Below, piece after piece: positions 1 to 10,271 of a stretch of DNA of 64,000 nt. The notes beneath the pieces are model-generated. The model was not told where the DNA came from. It searched no databases and worked only from the letters and a program-made list of their open reading frames with translations. The DNA comes from Planctomycetota bacterium (lineage in GTDB: Bacteria > Planctomycetota > GCA-002687715 > CAIWVZ01), in contig JBGANV010000001.1 in assembly GCA_044222185.1 (NCBI GenBank), forward strand, positions 1,440,001-1,504,000, given 5' to 3'. Position 1 is the stretch's first letter, and each line of letters starts with the position of its first letter. Both the position numbers and the translations under genes were made by a program.

Positions 1-411
1 CCACGTGCCGACCTGATACTGCTGGGTCGCACCGCCGGTGATCATGCTGAAAACCGCCTTGGCGCCGTCCCAATGCACGGAGGGATCGCGCACCGCGATT
101 CCCGTTGCGCCCTGGAAGCCGCTGGCTCCGAGCCCGGAGAGCTGCGTCAGGTTGCGCAGCGTGCCGTTGGGGTAGCGGATCCACAGATCGCCACCTCGCG
201 TGACGGAGTCGATGGCGCCGCGGTGGCTCGAGAAGACCGAGCCGATCGTCGAGAAGTCACCGGGGACGGGCACTTGCGTCACGAAGAGGATCGGAAATGG
301 AGTCGGCGGGCCACTCTGGGCCACCAGGTGCCCCACGCCGAGGCCGAGCGCGCCGACGAGATGCAGCAGTCCGGACATCAGACCGATGGCCCCGAAACGC
401 GATGAACGCAT
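1..411 (-). CDS. Secreted beta-propeller protein, HzsA-related/TolB-like N-terminus (partial, runs off left edge)
   Basis: Not in the ORF track because it is open at the edge. Manual translation from ATG 411 gives MRSSRFGAIGLMSGLLHLVGALGLGVGHLVAQ (signal-like) then ..PILFVTQVPVPGDF..RGGDLWIRYPNGTLRNLT..IAVRDPSVHWDGAKAVFSM, with no stop down to base 1. The family resemblance is from memory. Confidence 0.7.
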   Translation of the reverse strand, partial: MRSSRFGAIGLMSGLLHLVGALGLGVGHLVAQSGPPTPFPILFVTQVPVPGDFSTIGSVFSSHRGAIDSVTRGGDLWIRYPNGTLRNLTQLSGLGASGFQGATGIAVRDPSVHWDGAKAVFSMITGGATQQYQVGTW

Positions 412-605
412 GATCGCTCCCGCAAGCACACGGACGGCACCGGCGGGGATTCCGGCGGGCTCGGATCAGCGGGGCGCGATCGCCGAGCAGGCACGCGTGT
501 GCGTCGCGTGTCCGGCGGCGAGTGTAGTCGCCGGATGGCCGTTGTCCACGGCCCACGAACGAACGTCCACCCACCCGCTCGGCGTTCAGCTCTTATGCGC
601 CCAAC

Positions 606-3600
606 TCACTGCCCCAACGTCAACCGCAAGGCATTGCTCAATCCGAACCCGCCGCCGAAGGTCGGGTCGGCCGCCGCGCCCTGCATTCCGATCACGAGTC
701 CGTCGAGGCTGGGATCCGCTGGGATGCTGGCTGGGAGGGCCGCGGTTCCCGTCGCGTCCGTGAGCAGCGGGAACACGACGATGAGCGAGGCCAGATCGAG
801 ATGGATCAGGCAGCCGCCGTCGAACAGGATGGCCGGGCCCACGCCCAGCGACATCGCCAGGAACGCGAGCGAGTTCGGGTTCGCATGGGAGAGTGTCACC
901 GTGGGCGCGGAGCCGAGGATCGGACACGGCGCATCGAGGAGCAGCGGCGACGAGCACTGGTTCGCGAGGGAAACGATGGACGCTCCTCCGCAGGTCACCT
1001 GCAGCGAGGCGAACGTGGCGAGCACGCACCCGCAGCCGTTGTGCACCATCACGGAGTAGATACCTGCATCGGCGGCGGCCGCCGGGCTGATCGTCAACGT
1101 CGACTGAGTCGCTCCGACGATCGGCACGAGATTGTGGAACCACTCGTAGCTCAGGGCGCCCGAACCGGCCGGCGTCGTCGCCGTCACGGAGAACGTGTAC
1201 GAGCCACCGAGCAAGACCGAACCGCTGACAGGCGACGTCACGATGGTCGGCAGCTTGCAACACTTGTGACGGAAGCCCCAGTAGGGCAACGGGTCGAATC
1301 CCAGCCCGATGAAGGTCCCGCCGATTCCGATGGACGAGTCCCCGCCCGTCGAGAAGGGCTCGATCGTCAGCACGTCGCCCGTCGTCGGCTCGGAGATCGA
1401 CGACCAGCCCGCGGACGAGTCCCACCGCGCGACGCGACTGCATGGAATCCCACCTGCGTTGTCGAACGAACCACCGACGAAGAGAGCGAGGCCGTCACCG
1501 TCGTCGTAGGCACGGATCGCCCTGACGGGGCCGTCGCATCCCTGCGCGAGGGGCATCCATGGCCCAACGTCGATCCGGAGGATGTTCGCTTGCGGGATCC
1601 CGGGGAACTCGCTCAAACCCGTGCCCCCGATGAAGACGGTGGGATTGGGGCCGCTGCCCATCACCTCGATGGCGTTCACCGTCCCAAAGACCTGGGGACC
1701 CACGGGCGAGAAGCCGCCGCTCGTGCCGATCTTCCGCAACACTTGCACACTCGGAGGATTCCCCACAGGGACCGGGAGCTGAAGTGCAACGTACAGGACG
1801 TCGGTCGACCCCGAACGCACCAGGTGCATCGCCGTCACCTGGCCGGCGCCACTCACTCCGGGCACCGTGCCCCACGTCGTCCCGTTCCAACGCGCGAAGC
1901 CGACGGCCCCGCTGACCTGGAAGCTCCCCGCGACGTAGATCTCCGGCGCCGACGAACCGGTCAGGTTCGCGGCCGCGATGCCGGTGACCGACACGGGAGA
2001 CTGGGGCGAAACCGGCGACAGTCCGCCACTGCCGGGCAGCGGGGCCCACGTCGTCCCATTCCACCGAGCGACGCCCGCGACGGCGAGGGCGCCAGCCGCG
2101 CTGAACGTCCCGCCGGCGTAGAGCTCGGCCGTGCCGTTCTGATCCACGTCGGCCGACGTGAGCGCGCACACGGTCCCGTTCAGGCCCGGACCCAGTGGAA
2201 GCCAGTCGAATCCGTCACCGATGGCGATGTGCTGAAGCGGCGTGCCGTCGATGTCGGTGAATTCGCCGCCGATCACGAGCTGCGGATTCGTCGGCGAGCC
2301 GAACGTGGCCTGGGCCCACACACCCGCACTCGGCAGACGCCCGCGCGTCCATTCGCCACAGGGCTCCAGGTACACCTCGACGCTCGCCTGATCGGTCTTG
2401 GCGAAAGTCCACATCTCCAGGTCGGTGTCGATGAGCCGGTGGACCGGCGAGGCGCACGTCGCCGCGGTGGGGTTGCCGTCCGACGGAAGCCTCTCGACGC
2501 CATAGATGTAGTTGGTCCCGCAAGGCGCCCCGCAGCCGCCGAGAACGCTCAGGTAGTCCCCCGTGACCCAGGGATTCCCCGCTCGGTCCAGCGAGACGCC
2601 ACCCGCGGCGTTGTCCTTCGAGTTGTTGCAGCAGCCGACACGAAACTTCGTCTCCGGGCTCATCTGCCAACTCGATCCTGGAAAGATCGGGCTGAGGATG
2701 CGGCAGTACTCGAGCACGCGCGCGTGGTGTGGGAACTGCGCCGGCCGCTTCCCGTAGGGGTCGGACTGGTCGCTGCTCAGGCCCCGCTCGGCCACGAACA
2801 TCTTCCCTTCGTACGAGAACGAGATGTCGGTCGGAGGGTGCGACCACGTCGTGCCGGCGAGCGGCGGCAGGATGATCTCGCGCAACGCCGTCGCCGAAAC
2901 CAACGATCCGTTCGCTGCGATCGCGACGGACCAGATCTCGTTCGGCGACCCCGGCGCTCCCGAGTCCTCGTTCCAGACCCCGTAGTAGAGGCGACCGCGG
3001 TACACGTCGAGGCCGAATACGCGACGACCGAACGGCGTCAGCTTGGTCGCGCCATCGGCGATCTGGGAGAGGCCCGCACTCGGGCGCCCGTCGACCCCGT
3101 GGTCGTAGCTGAAGACACCGACGCTGCTTTGTGTGTAGTTGGGACCAACACACGCCGGGTTGCCCGCCGGAATCGAGTAAATCAGCCCATCGTCCAGGTC
3201 GCTGACGAAGAGCCGATCCGTCTTCCTGTCGTAGCAGATGTCTCCGAGGCTCGTCTCGGTGCCAGCGGGCAGCATGGGGGTCGACGGGAGGCTCGCGTAG
3301 TAGCAGATCGCACCCGTCAACCGATCGAGCCGATACACCGCCCCGGCGTCGAAGGCACTCCGAGAGCCGTAGAGCGCGCCGGCAGGACCGACCATCGACG
3401 TCGCGGAAACGTAGACGTTGCGCCGCCGGTCGATCGTCACTCCGAAAACGTCGCCGAGGTTCGCCCGCGTCCACTCGTCGATTCCCGCGCCCAGGTTGCT
3501 GAACCGCGGCGCATTGGAGTTGCAGCAACCGACGTCGGGCAGGGTGCGTGGGTCGAGGACGACGACGCAGGCGCCAGACGTCCCGCAAGGCGGAAGACCT

Positions 3601-3755
3601 CCCCAGAACGTCACCGCCATCATGCCGTCTCTCATGGGTAGCGTCGTCGGAATGGGCGGCAGACAGCAGCTCTGCGCCACGACGTGCACGCTCAGGACAA
3701 GAATCAACGGAACGACGAAGGCCATGGGGTGCGATCGCATCGACAGTGTCGGCAT
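606..3755 (-). CDS. Large secreted multidomain protein (beta-propeller regions, xARWNGxxW repeats, Ig-like domain, conserved terminal module)
   Basis: 1049-aa ORF with GGAGGAG RBS before the ATG. Signal peptide ..LSVHVVAQ; repeats GLNGTVCAL..LYAGGTF..VARWNGTTW; Ig motif YEWFHN...DAGIYSV; C-terminus ..MQGAAADP..GFGLSNALRLTLGQ. Confidence 0.85.
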   Translation of the reverse strand: MPTLSMRSHPMAFVVPLILVLSVHVVAQSCCLPPIPTTLPMRDGMMAVTFWGGLPPCGTSGACVVVLDPRTLPDVGCCNSNAPRFSNLGAGIDEWTRANLGDVFGVTIDRRRNVYVSATSMVGPAGALYGSRSAFDAGAVYRLDRLTGAICYYASLPSTPMLPAGTETSLGDICYDRKTDRLFVSDLDDGLIYSIPAGNPACVGPNYTQSSVGVFSYDHGVDGRPSAGLSQIADGATKLTPFGRRVFGLDVYRGRLYYGVWNEDSGAPGSPNEIWSVAIAANGSLVSATALREIILPPLAGTTWSHPPTDISFSYEGKMFVAERGLSSDQSDPYGKRPAQFPHHARVLEYCRILSPIFPGSSWQMSPETKFRVGCCNNSKDNAAGGVSLDRAGNPWVTGDYLSVLGGCGAPCGTNYIYGVERLPSDGNPTAATCASPVHRLIDTDLEMWTFAKTDQASVEVYLEPCGEWTRGRLPSAGVWAQATFGSPTNPQLVIGGEFTDIDGTPLQHIAIGDGFDWLPLGPGLNGTVCALTSADVDQNGTAELYAGGTFSAAGALAVAGVARWNGTTWAPLPGSGGLSPVSPQSPVSVTGIAAANLTGSSAPEIYVAGSFQVSGAVGFARWNGTTWGTVPGVSGAGQVTAMHLVRSGSTDVLYVALQLPVPVGNPPSVQVLRKIGTSGGFSPVGPQVFGTVNAIEVMGSGPNPTVFIGGTGLSEFPGIPQANILRIDVGPWMPLAQGCDGPVRAIRAYDDGDGLALFVGGSFDNAGGIPCSRVARWDSSAGWSSISEPTTGDVLTIEPFSTGGDSSIGIGGTFIGLGFDPLPYWGFRHKCCKLPTIVTSPVSGSVLLGGSYTFSVTATTPAGSGALSYEWFHNLVPIVGATQSTLTISPAAAADAGIYSVMVHNGCGCVLATFASLQVTCGGASIVSLANQCSSPLLLDAPCPILGSAPTVTLSHANPNSLAFLAMSLGVGPAILFDGGCLIHLDLASLIVVFPLLTDATGTAALPASIPADPSLDGLVIGMQGAAADPTFGGGFGLSNALRLTLGQ

Positions 3756-4052
3756 GACATCTCCTCCCGGGTCGCGGCGCGCCGTCCTTTCGTGTCAGGC
3801 GCGGGCGGTGCACGTCGCGACTCCGAGTGAGAGATGCGGCACGGAGCACGGTCGGGGACAAAATCTCGAACCAGAGGTCGTTGGTCGGCGAACCCCACCG
3901 CGTTCGACTCCGCGAAGAAACTCCCCTTTTCGGCGTTGCACCGCTGCGCCTCGGCGCTGTATTGTCGGCATCGAAGAGCGGTCAGGGCGACGCTCGTTGC
4001 CGTGATGAAGCGGGTCGGTGAGTGCCAAACCGCTCACGACGGGGACTCTGGG

Positions 4053-7052
4053 ATGAAGACGTCGCTCCGGTGGGCCGTGATCAGCGTGTTGCTCGCGTCG
4101 CCTTCGACGTGTCAGGTCGATTCCGCGCCGACCACGCGACCGCTCCCGGCGACTCCCGTGAAGCCGGGCCAGCCTGTTGCATTCACGCTCGAACCCGACT
4201 CCGACGGATCCGCGTCGAAGACGTTCACGTTCGACGTCGCCGATCCAGGCGTCCGGGGAGTCACCGTCGTCTTCGTCACGAGCGACGTTCGGTCTCTCGG
4301 TCTTCAGATCCTCAGCGCGGACGGCCGGCTCCTGGGTGCAGCGAACGCGAGTCCGAAGGGACCAGAGCCGTGGTGGGGCAGCCAATCCCCGCCGCCGCGC
4401 ACGACGGGAGTGCGAGTCGTCGCGCGCGGCCTCGATCGCCCGACGACTGCCACCCTCCACGTCGAGCGAGCACCCTGGACGCCCGAGATCGGCCGCGCCG
4501 AAGCCCTCGTCCGCAACGCGCGTCCGGAGCTCGTGGCCGAGAGCGCCACTCGTCCGAGCGACGCCCGCGCGCGCGTCGAGCGGCTGGTCCGCGAGTTGGA
4601 GCTCATCCCGGAGGCGTCGACCTGGCTGCCGCTCGCCGACGGGCTTTCTCCGATCGTGAAACTCGCCAATTCCGTCGGCGCATCCGGCGCGGTCGTCCGG
4701 CTGTCAGAGCTGCGGCTGGCGGCGTTCGAGAAGTTCGTGCCACCCTCGGACCTCGACCGACTGCAAGCGAAGGAGAACGTCGCGATCTTCCGCGCCATGC
4801 GCGGCGAGTCGGAGGTCGCGCGTCTGATGCTCCGAGAGGTCCTCGCCGAGCGTGAACGCAGCCACGACGTGGACACGGATTGGGCCGACACGGCCGTCAA
4901 CCTCGCGACGGTCGAGCTCTCCTCCGAGAAACCGGGCGTCGCGAGCGACTTCGTGAAGAGGGCCCTCGATGCCTATCGGTCCAAGGCGGCGACGCTGTCG
5001 AGGGAGATGGTCTCCGCCATGCTGCGGCTCTCCGCGACCGAGCGGGCCCAGGCCTCGATTGCGGACCCCCATGCGCGAACCGAGATCCTGGCACGGGAGC
5101 TCCCCGATGATGGCGCGGCCCTGGGGCTGAAGCACCGAGTGCTGCTCGACCGAGCACTCGACGCCCGGTGCTACATGCGTTTCGCCGAAGCTCGCGCGAT
5201 CCTCGAGACCCTCATCGCACCTACGTGGATCGAACGCGAGGGGCGAGAGCAGAAGATCGCTGAAGCGCGCTCGCAACTCCTGATCGTGCTCGCACTCCAG
5301 CGCGATTGGGACGCCGTTCGGCGTGAGCTGGCCATCGCCGTGCCCGAGGCGTCGGCCCAGGCCGCCGGACCCGCGGATGATCTTCCACCGCGCGCTGGTT
5401 CCGTCATGGGCGGCGCCACGCTCGAACACGCCGGAACGGAGTTGTCGCTCGAACTCGCCTGTCAGGCGGCGGGGCTGCCGCCGGAGGCGGGAATCCTCAG
5501 CAGCGTCTTCGACCTGTTCGAGACGATCCACTCGCTCGGTGCCATGCGCGCCGGCGCGCTCCGGCGCTATGCCATGGAGTCCCCGGAAGTTCGCACGGCG
5601 ATCGATGCGCAGTTCCGCATCGTCGACGACGCGTCGCTTCGGATCGCGCGGGCGCTCGAGGACGCATCCGAGTCGGAGGAACTGGTGAAGCTCGTCGCCA
5701 TGCGGGACTCAGCCCTGGCGGCAATCCGGAGCCTGACCCGCACGGAGAGGGCGCGCGATTCGTTCGCCCGGGAGTCGATCGCGGAGCGGGTCGCAGCACG
5801 TCTGACCGCGGCCGACGCCGCCGTTTCATTCGTGCTCTACAACCGCGTCATGACCGACCCGACGCGGCCGCACTGCGTCTTCTTCGACGAGGGCTACGCC
5901 GCCTTCGTGATTCGACCGGAAAGCGCGCCCGTCTGCGTTCCGCTCGGCCCGGCGAAGTCGATCGACGAGGCGATCGAGCGCTGGTTCGCGGACGTTCGCG
6001 CCGCGAGGAACGACACGGCGTCCGGCACCGTCGTTTCCGACCTGTTGCTCGATCCCGTGCGGCGAGCCTGCGGCGACGCGACGAATTGGGTCGTAGCCGC
6101 GGACGGCGCCATCGAGGTGCTGCCTCTCGGGACGCTCCCGTTCCACGGAGCAGCGTTTGGCGAAACGCATCGCGTGACGAGCGTGCGAACGCTGAGCTCG
6201 ATGCTCGTCGATCGACGTCCGCTCGAGACCGAGCCATCGCTGCTGTCGCTCGGCGGCCTGGACTACGACGTCGCAGCGCCCCGGACGCGGACGGACGTCG
6301 CAACGAGGGACACTGTCGCCGCCGTGCGCGGCCTCGCCGGGCCAGAAGGCACGAGTGCCGCGAACGGCAAACCGCGCGTGCTGGGCCGCCTGCCCAAATC
6401 GCTTCCCGAGTCGCGTGACGTGGCCGACGCATTCCTCGCCGGGTTCCCCAAGGCGACGGCGCCGACGATCCTCACCGCCGCCGATGGAACGGCCGAGCGG
6501 TTCATCCGAGAATCACACTCGAAGCGGTTCATCCACATCGCGTCGCACGCCTGGTTCACGCCACCGGCAAGCGACGCGAGCGGCAGCTCGTCCCCGGATT
6601 CACGAAGAGCGCAGCTGGATGCGACCGCTGCGCGTCTCACACCGTTCCTCTTCTGCGGCGTCGCTTTCTCCGGGGCGAACGCATCCCGAGGTGGAGTGCT
6701 CACGGGTGACGAGATCTGTTGCTTGGACCTCAGCGGCACCGAGCTGGTCGTGTTGAGTGCCTGCCGGTCGGGGTTGGGGCTGCGCCAGGCGGGCGCGGGG
6801 CTGGCGTCGCTCCGCAATGCGCTCGGTGCGGCCGGCGCCCGCGGGTCACTCACGTCCGCCTGGGAAGTCAGCGACGACGCGACCCGTGTGCTCATGGCGC
6901 GCTTCACGCGGAACCTCTGGGTCGAGAAGCTCCCCGCGCACGAAGCCCTGCGCCGTGCGCAGCGAGCGATCGCCACCGAGCCCAATCCTGACGGCACCCC
7001 CCGCTTCGCGACACGCGATTGGGGCGGTTGGATCCTCTCCATCGACCGATGA
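4053..7052 (+). CDS. Exported TPR + CHAT (caspase-like, HetF-associated) protease
   Basis: Likely start MKTSLRWAVISVLLASPSTCQ (signal-like). Small beta-sandwich domain, then degenerate TPR helices (AKENVAIFRAMRG.., ADTAVNLATV). CHAT motifs VVAADGAIEVLP, FIHIASHAWF (His 6546), LVVLSACRSGLG (Cys 6762), SAWEVSD, DWGGW. Confidence 0.9.
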   Translation: MKTSLRWAVISVLLASPSTCQVDSAPTTRPLPATPVKPGQPVAFTLEPDSDGSASKTFTFDVADPGVRGVTVVFVTSDVRSLGLQILSADGRLLGAANASPKGPEPWWGSQSPPPRTTGVRVVARGLDRPTTATLHVERAPWTPEIGRAEALVRNARPELVAESATRPSDARARVERLVRELELIPEASTWLPLADGLSPIVKLANSVGASGAVVRLSELRLAAFEKFVPPSDLDRLQAKENVAIFRAMRGESEVARLMLREVLAERERSHDVDTDWADTAVNLATVELSSEKPGVASDFVKRALDAYRSKAATLSREMVSAMLRLSATERAQASIADPHARTEILARELPDDGAALGLKHRVLLDRALDARCYMRFAEARAILETLIAPTWIEREGREQKIAEARSQLLIVLALQRDWDAVRRELAIAVPEASAQAAGPADDLPPRAGSVMGGATLEHAGTELSLELACQAAGLPPEAGILSSVFDLFETIHSLGAMRAGALRRYAMESPEVRTAIDAQFRIVDDASLRIARALEDASESEELVKLVAMRDSALAAIRSLTRTERARDSFARESIAERVAARLTAADAAVSFVLYNRVMTDPTRPHCVFFDEGYAAFVIRPESAPVCVPLGPAKSIDEAIERWFADVRAARNDTASGTVVSDLLLDPVRRACGDATNWVVAADGAIEVLPLGTLPFHGAAFGETHRVTSVRTLSSMLVDRRPLETEPSLLSLGGLDYDVAAPRTRTDVATRDTVAAVRGLAGPEGTSAANGKPRVLGRLPKSLPESRDVADAFLAGFPKATAPTILTAADGTAERFIRESHSKRFIHIASHAWFTPPASDASGSSSPDSRRAQLDATAARLTPFLFCGVAFSGANASRGGVLTGDEICCLDLSGTELVVLSACRSGLGLRQAGAGLASLRNALGAAGARGSLTSAWEVSDDATRVLMARFTRNLWVEKLPAHEALRRAQRAIATEPNPDGTPRFATRDWGGWILSIDR

Positions 7053-7738
7053 CCTCGGAACCCCAGATGACCCGCGATCCGGGCGTACTCCACACGACTG
7101 CCGGCCTCGATCCGGCGGCGCCGGCAGAACGTCGAGCCGCCATGTCCGCGGAGCGGGTGGCGCGTTTGCGTGCTGCCGACCAGGAGGCCTGGTGCCGGTT
7201 CTTCGAGGATTATCACCCCGTCTTTGCCTGCGCGTTCCGACTCTCCGCGCGACGGCGCAGCTTCGAAGCGAGGAGCGCGACCGATGCTCTCCCCGATGCC
7301 ATGGCATCGTTCTATGAGGCATTCCTTCGACGCTTCGCCGAGTTCCGCGGCGAGGCAGCCTTCCGAGGGTTTCTGTTCGAGGCTGTCGACTACTTCGTGC
7401 TGTCCGAGCGCCGTGACGCGAAGCGCAGCGCGTTGCGGCGACACGGCCTGGAGGAACAGGCGACCGAAAACGCGATCGACGATCGCGCCGTCGCGGCGTG
7501 GACGGAGCGTGATCGGGCCAACCGCCCTGCGATGGTCGCACTCGCGCGCTGCGTCGTTTCGCTCCCTCGCCCCTACCGCCTCGTGGTCCTGACCGTGCAT
7601 CTGGGATCCGAGGCGATCCCGCTGTATGAGGCGGCGGAACGCCTCGGCTTGGAGTACGAAGCCGTGAAGAAGCGTCACCAGAGAGCCCTCGCCATGCTTC
7701 GCGCATGCGTGACCGGCTCCGAAGTCCGGGGGTCATGA
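7049..7738 (+). CDS. ECF-type sigma-70 factor
   Basis: ATGA overlap with the CHAT stop. Region 2-like DQEAWCRFFEDY...FRGEAAFRGFLF; region 4 HTH LPRPYRLVV..YEAAERLGLEYEAVKKRHQRALAMLR. Confidence 0.85.
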   Translation: MTSEPQMTRDPGVLHTTAGLDPAAPAERRAAMSAERVARLRAADQEAWCRFFEDYHPVFACAFRLSARRRSFEARSATDALPDAMASFYEAFLRRFAEFRGEAAFRGFLFEAVDYFVLSERRDAKRSALRRHGLEEQATENAIDDRAVAAWTERDRANRPAMVALARCVVSLPRPYRLVVLTVHLGSEAIPLYEAAERLGLEYEAVKKRHQRALAMLRACVTGSEVRGS

Positions 7739-7739
7739 G

Positions 7740-8663
7740 ATGGTCGATCCGTCAGAGGATGAGATGACGCGCCAGCTCGAGGCCCTGCGGCGCCGGCGCC
7801 CCTCGAACGATCGAGGTTCCCCGCGATCCGACGGCTCGCGTCCCCCAGGGTTCCTCGAATCAGACGCCCGGGACGCCGACCGGCTCGCCGAAAGCCTGGC
7901 GGATGACCCGAGCCAGTTCGACGATCTACACATCGCCGACGCGCTGATGGAATCCGACGTCGACGCCGCCGCACCCGCGGCGGAGCGTGCGGCCATCGCA
8001 CGGCTCGCGTGGGACCGAGCCCGTGGCAACGCGACCGCGGCCAACACTCCGGATCGCGTGCGAAAGCCGCGCATCAGCCGACCGCTGACCTTCGCGTTGA
8101 CGGCGACCGCCGCTGCCGCGGCCATCCTGATCTCCGTCATGCTTCGCACCCCGAGCGGCGCCGTCTCCGACTGGATGCCGACGGACGTTTCGACCGAGAT
8201 CCTGCGAGACGCGAACCCCGGCAGCCCCGCCGCGAGCACGATCACGTTCCGCGTGGCGCTTTCGCTGGATCGGCCCGCGGCGGTCGTGGTCGTGGCGCTC
8301 ACGGGCGTCGATTTCCAGTACCGAGTGACGACGGTGTTCCCGCCGACCGGCGCGGCCGCCGACGTGTTCCATGCGCGCGGCTGGCCGCGAAATCCCCTGC
8401 CCGCAACGCACGGGAGCCCCGTCACGATCCCGCCTGGGGGCTCGGATGCGGCGCGGGTCATCAGCGTGGGCAGCGTGACGCTCCTCCTCATGACGACCAA
8501 CGACGAGCGTGCATTGCGAGATGACGAGATCGCATCGATCGTCGACACCGTCCGCGCCGCGGCGAAGGACGCGAGGTCAGACCAAGACGTGATCGACACG
8601 CTCATGCCCGCGTTGAAGGCACGAGGGCTGACGATCGAAGCCAAGCCGGTGCGCGTGCCCTGA
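7740..8663 (+). CDS. Putative anti-sigma factor (single-pass membrane protein)
   Basis: Starts 1 nt after the sigma stop. Charged N-terminal ~115 aa, one TM helix (LTFALTATAAAAAILISVML), C-terminal extracytoplasmic domain. Function is inferred from position and topology. Confidence 0.65.
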   Translation: MVDPSEDEMTRQLEALRRRRPSNDRGSPRSDGSRPPGFLESDARDADRLAESLADDPSQFDDLHIADALMESDVDAAAPAAERAAIARLAWDRARGNATAANTPDRVRKPRISRPLTFALTATAAAAAILISVMLRTPSGAVSDWMPTDVSTEILRDANPGSPAASTITFRVALSLDRPAAVVVVALTGVDFQYRVTTVFPPTGAAADVFHARGWPRNPLPATHGSPVTIPPGGSDAARVISVGSVTLLLMTTNDERALRDDEIASIVDTVRAAAKDARSDQDVIDTLMPALKARGLTIEAKPVRVP

Positions 8664-8678
8664 GGGAACGCGCCAGGC

Positions 8679-10271
8679 TCATGCCCGGTAGCGAGCCTCC
8701 AATGCCGTCTTCCCCGCCTCGCGCTCGATCTTGTGATCGGGGTTCGCGCCCAGGTGCCGCAGCACCATGAAGACCGTCTCGGTGTCGTCCTTCACGCCAG
8801 CGGCCTGGGCGATCTCCTCGACGGTCATCCAGCCACCGGCCCGCACGCGGAGCGCCGACAGGACCTTGGACTGGATCGACAGCACGGCGGTCGCCGCCTT
8901 CTTCCCAGCCTCGACCCCGGGCTGGTGGTAGGCGTTGATGTTGACGAGGCTCGCGTACAGGCCGACGGTGCGCTCGTAGAGCGCGATCAGGGCACCCACC
9001 GAGAACGCCGTCACGTCGTTCATCGTCAGGGTAATCGATCCACGTCCGCCGTCGTGCAGCGCGCGGCGCGTCCCCTGGAGGAACGCCGAGAGGAAATCCC
9101 CGGACGTGACGCCCGGCTCGACCTCGAATGACGGCCCCGTCCGGTCGCGCAGAACCTCGATGAAGGTCACGAAGAAGTTGTTCACCCCGTCGCGCAGCTG
9201 CTGCACGTACGCGTGTTGATCCGTGGAGCCCTTGTTGCCGTAGACGGAGAGCCCCTGGTGGACGACGGCCCCGGTGAGGTCCTTCTCCTTTCCGAGGGAC
9301 TCCATCACGAGTTGCTGGAGGTAGCGGCTGAACAGCTCCAGCCGATCCTTGTACGGGAGGATCACCATGTCCTTCTTGCCGGCGCCACCCGCGGCGAAGT
9401 GCCAGCCGAGCGCCAGCAAGGCCGCCGGGTTCTTTCGCGTCTCAGCGACGCGCGTCGCCGCGTCCATCGCCTTCGCACCGTCGAGCATCCCCAGGATGTC
9501 CACGCCGTGGAGGGCTGCAGGCAGCAATCCCACCGCCGACATCTCGGACGTGCGCCCTCCGACCCAGTCCCACATGGGGAATCGATCGATCCAACCGTTC
9601 GTGGCGGCCAGTTTGTCGAGCTCGCTGCCCTCACCGGTCACGGCCACGGCGTGGCGCTCGAACTTCAGCCCGACGCCGCGGTAGGCGGTCGACATCTCGA
9701 GCATGCCGTTGCGGGTCTCCTTGGTTCCGCCTGACTTCGAGATGACCACGGTCAGGGTCGCCGGCAGGCCGCCGCTGGTCGCGGCGAGGCGTCCGAGCAC
9801 CAGATCGATGCCGGACGGATCCGTGTTGTCGATGCAGAAGATCCGCATGGGATCCTTGGGCCCGCCCAGGGCTGCGGAGACGAACATGGGACCGAGCGCC
9901 GACCCGCCGATCCCCACGACGACGACGTTCTCGAAGCGCGCCGCGCGCTCGGGTCGGATCGCCGCCGTCCGGACCTTGCTCGTGAATTCCAGGATCCGCG
10001 TCACGGTCGTGGCGATCACGTGACGGATCGCGGGATCGGGAGCGCGAGCGGCATCGCGAAGCCAGTAGTGGCCGACCATCCGTTTCTCATCAGGGTTGGC
10101 GATGGCACCGCCCTCGAGTGCCGCCATGGCACTGAACGCCCGCTGCATGCGCGGCTCCATCTCGCTGACGAACTCCGGTCCCATGCCGAGCCCGCTCATG
10201 TCGAGCGAGAAGCCCAGCTCCCCCAGATCGAGGAACCACTCACGAAACGAATCCCAACCCGATCGGCTCAT
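8679..10271 (-). CDS. pgi: Glucose-6-phosphate isomerase
   Basis: [46 protein letters not shown]. Start placed at MSRSGW. Confidence 0.95.
   Translation of the reverse strand: MSRSGWDSFREWFLDLGELGFSLDMSGLGMGPEFVSEMEPRMQRAFSAMAALEGGAIANPDEKRMVGHYWLRDAARAPDPAIRHVIATTVTRILEFTSKVRTAAIRPERAARFENVVVVGIGGSALGPMFVSAALGGPKDPMRIFCIDNTDPSGIDLVLGRLAATSGGLPATLTVVISKSGGTKETRNGMLEMSTAYRGVGLKFERHAVAVTGEGSELDKLAATNGWIDRFPMWDWVGGRTSEMSAVGLLPAALHGVDILGMLDGAKAMDAATRVAETRKNPAALLALGWHFAAGGAGKKDMVILPYKDRLELFSRYLQQLVMESLGKEKDLTGAVVHQGLSVYGNKGSTDQHAYVQQLRDGVNNFFVTFIEVLRDRTGPSFEVEPGVTSGDFLSAFLQGTRRALHDGGRGSITLTMNDVTAFSVGALIALYERTVGLYASLVNINAYHQPGVEAGKKAATAVLSIQSKVLSALRVRAGGWMTVEEIAQAAGVKDDTETVFMVLRHLGANPDHKIEREAGKTALEARYRA

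Noticed and set aside
1-411. Anammox hydrazine synthase
   Set aside because: Only a remote propeller-type resemblance in a fragment; no hzsB/hzsC context.
801-3641. Long antisense or alternate-frame ORFs (e.g. 801-3641 +, 38342-41065 -, 61296-63950 -, 43463-46009 -, 28599-30548 +)
   Set aside because: Shadow ORFs typical of high-GC DNA. They are Arg/Gly-rich, lack motifs and overlap well-supported genes.
3834-4052. Extended N-terminus of the CHAT ORF; similar extensions on hutH, infB, dacB, galE, mtnA and the IPT protein
   Set aside because: Downstream starts give signal peptides, RBSs or family-typical N-termini.
4053-8663. Type III-E CRISPR (Craspase) locus
   Set aside because: No Cas7-11, array or Csx30/31-like genes are visible, and the protease appears exported. 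The comparison is an analogy only.
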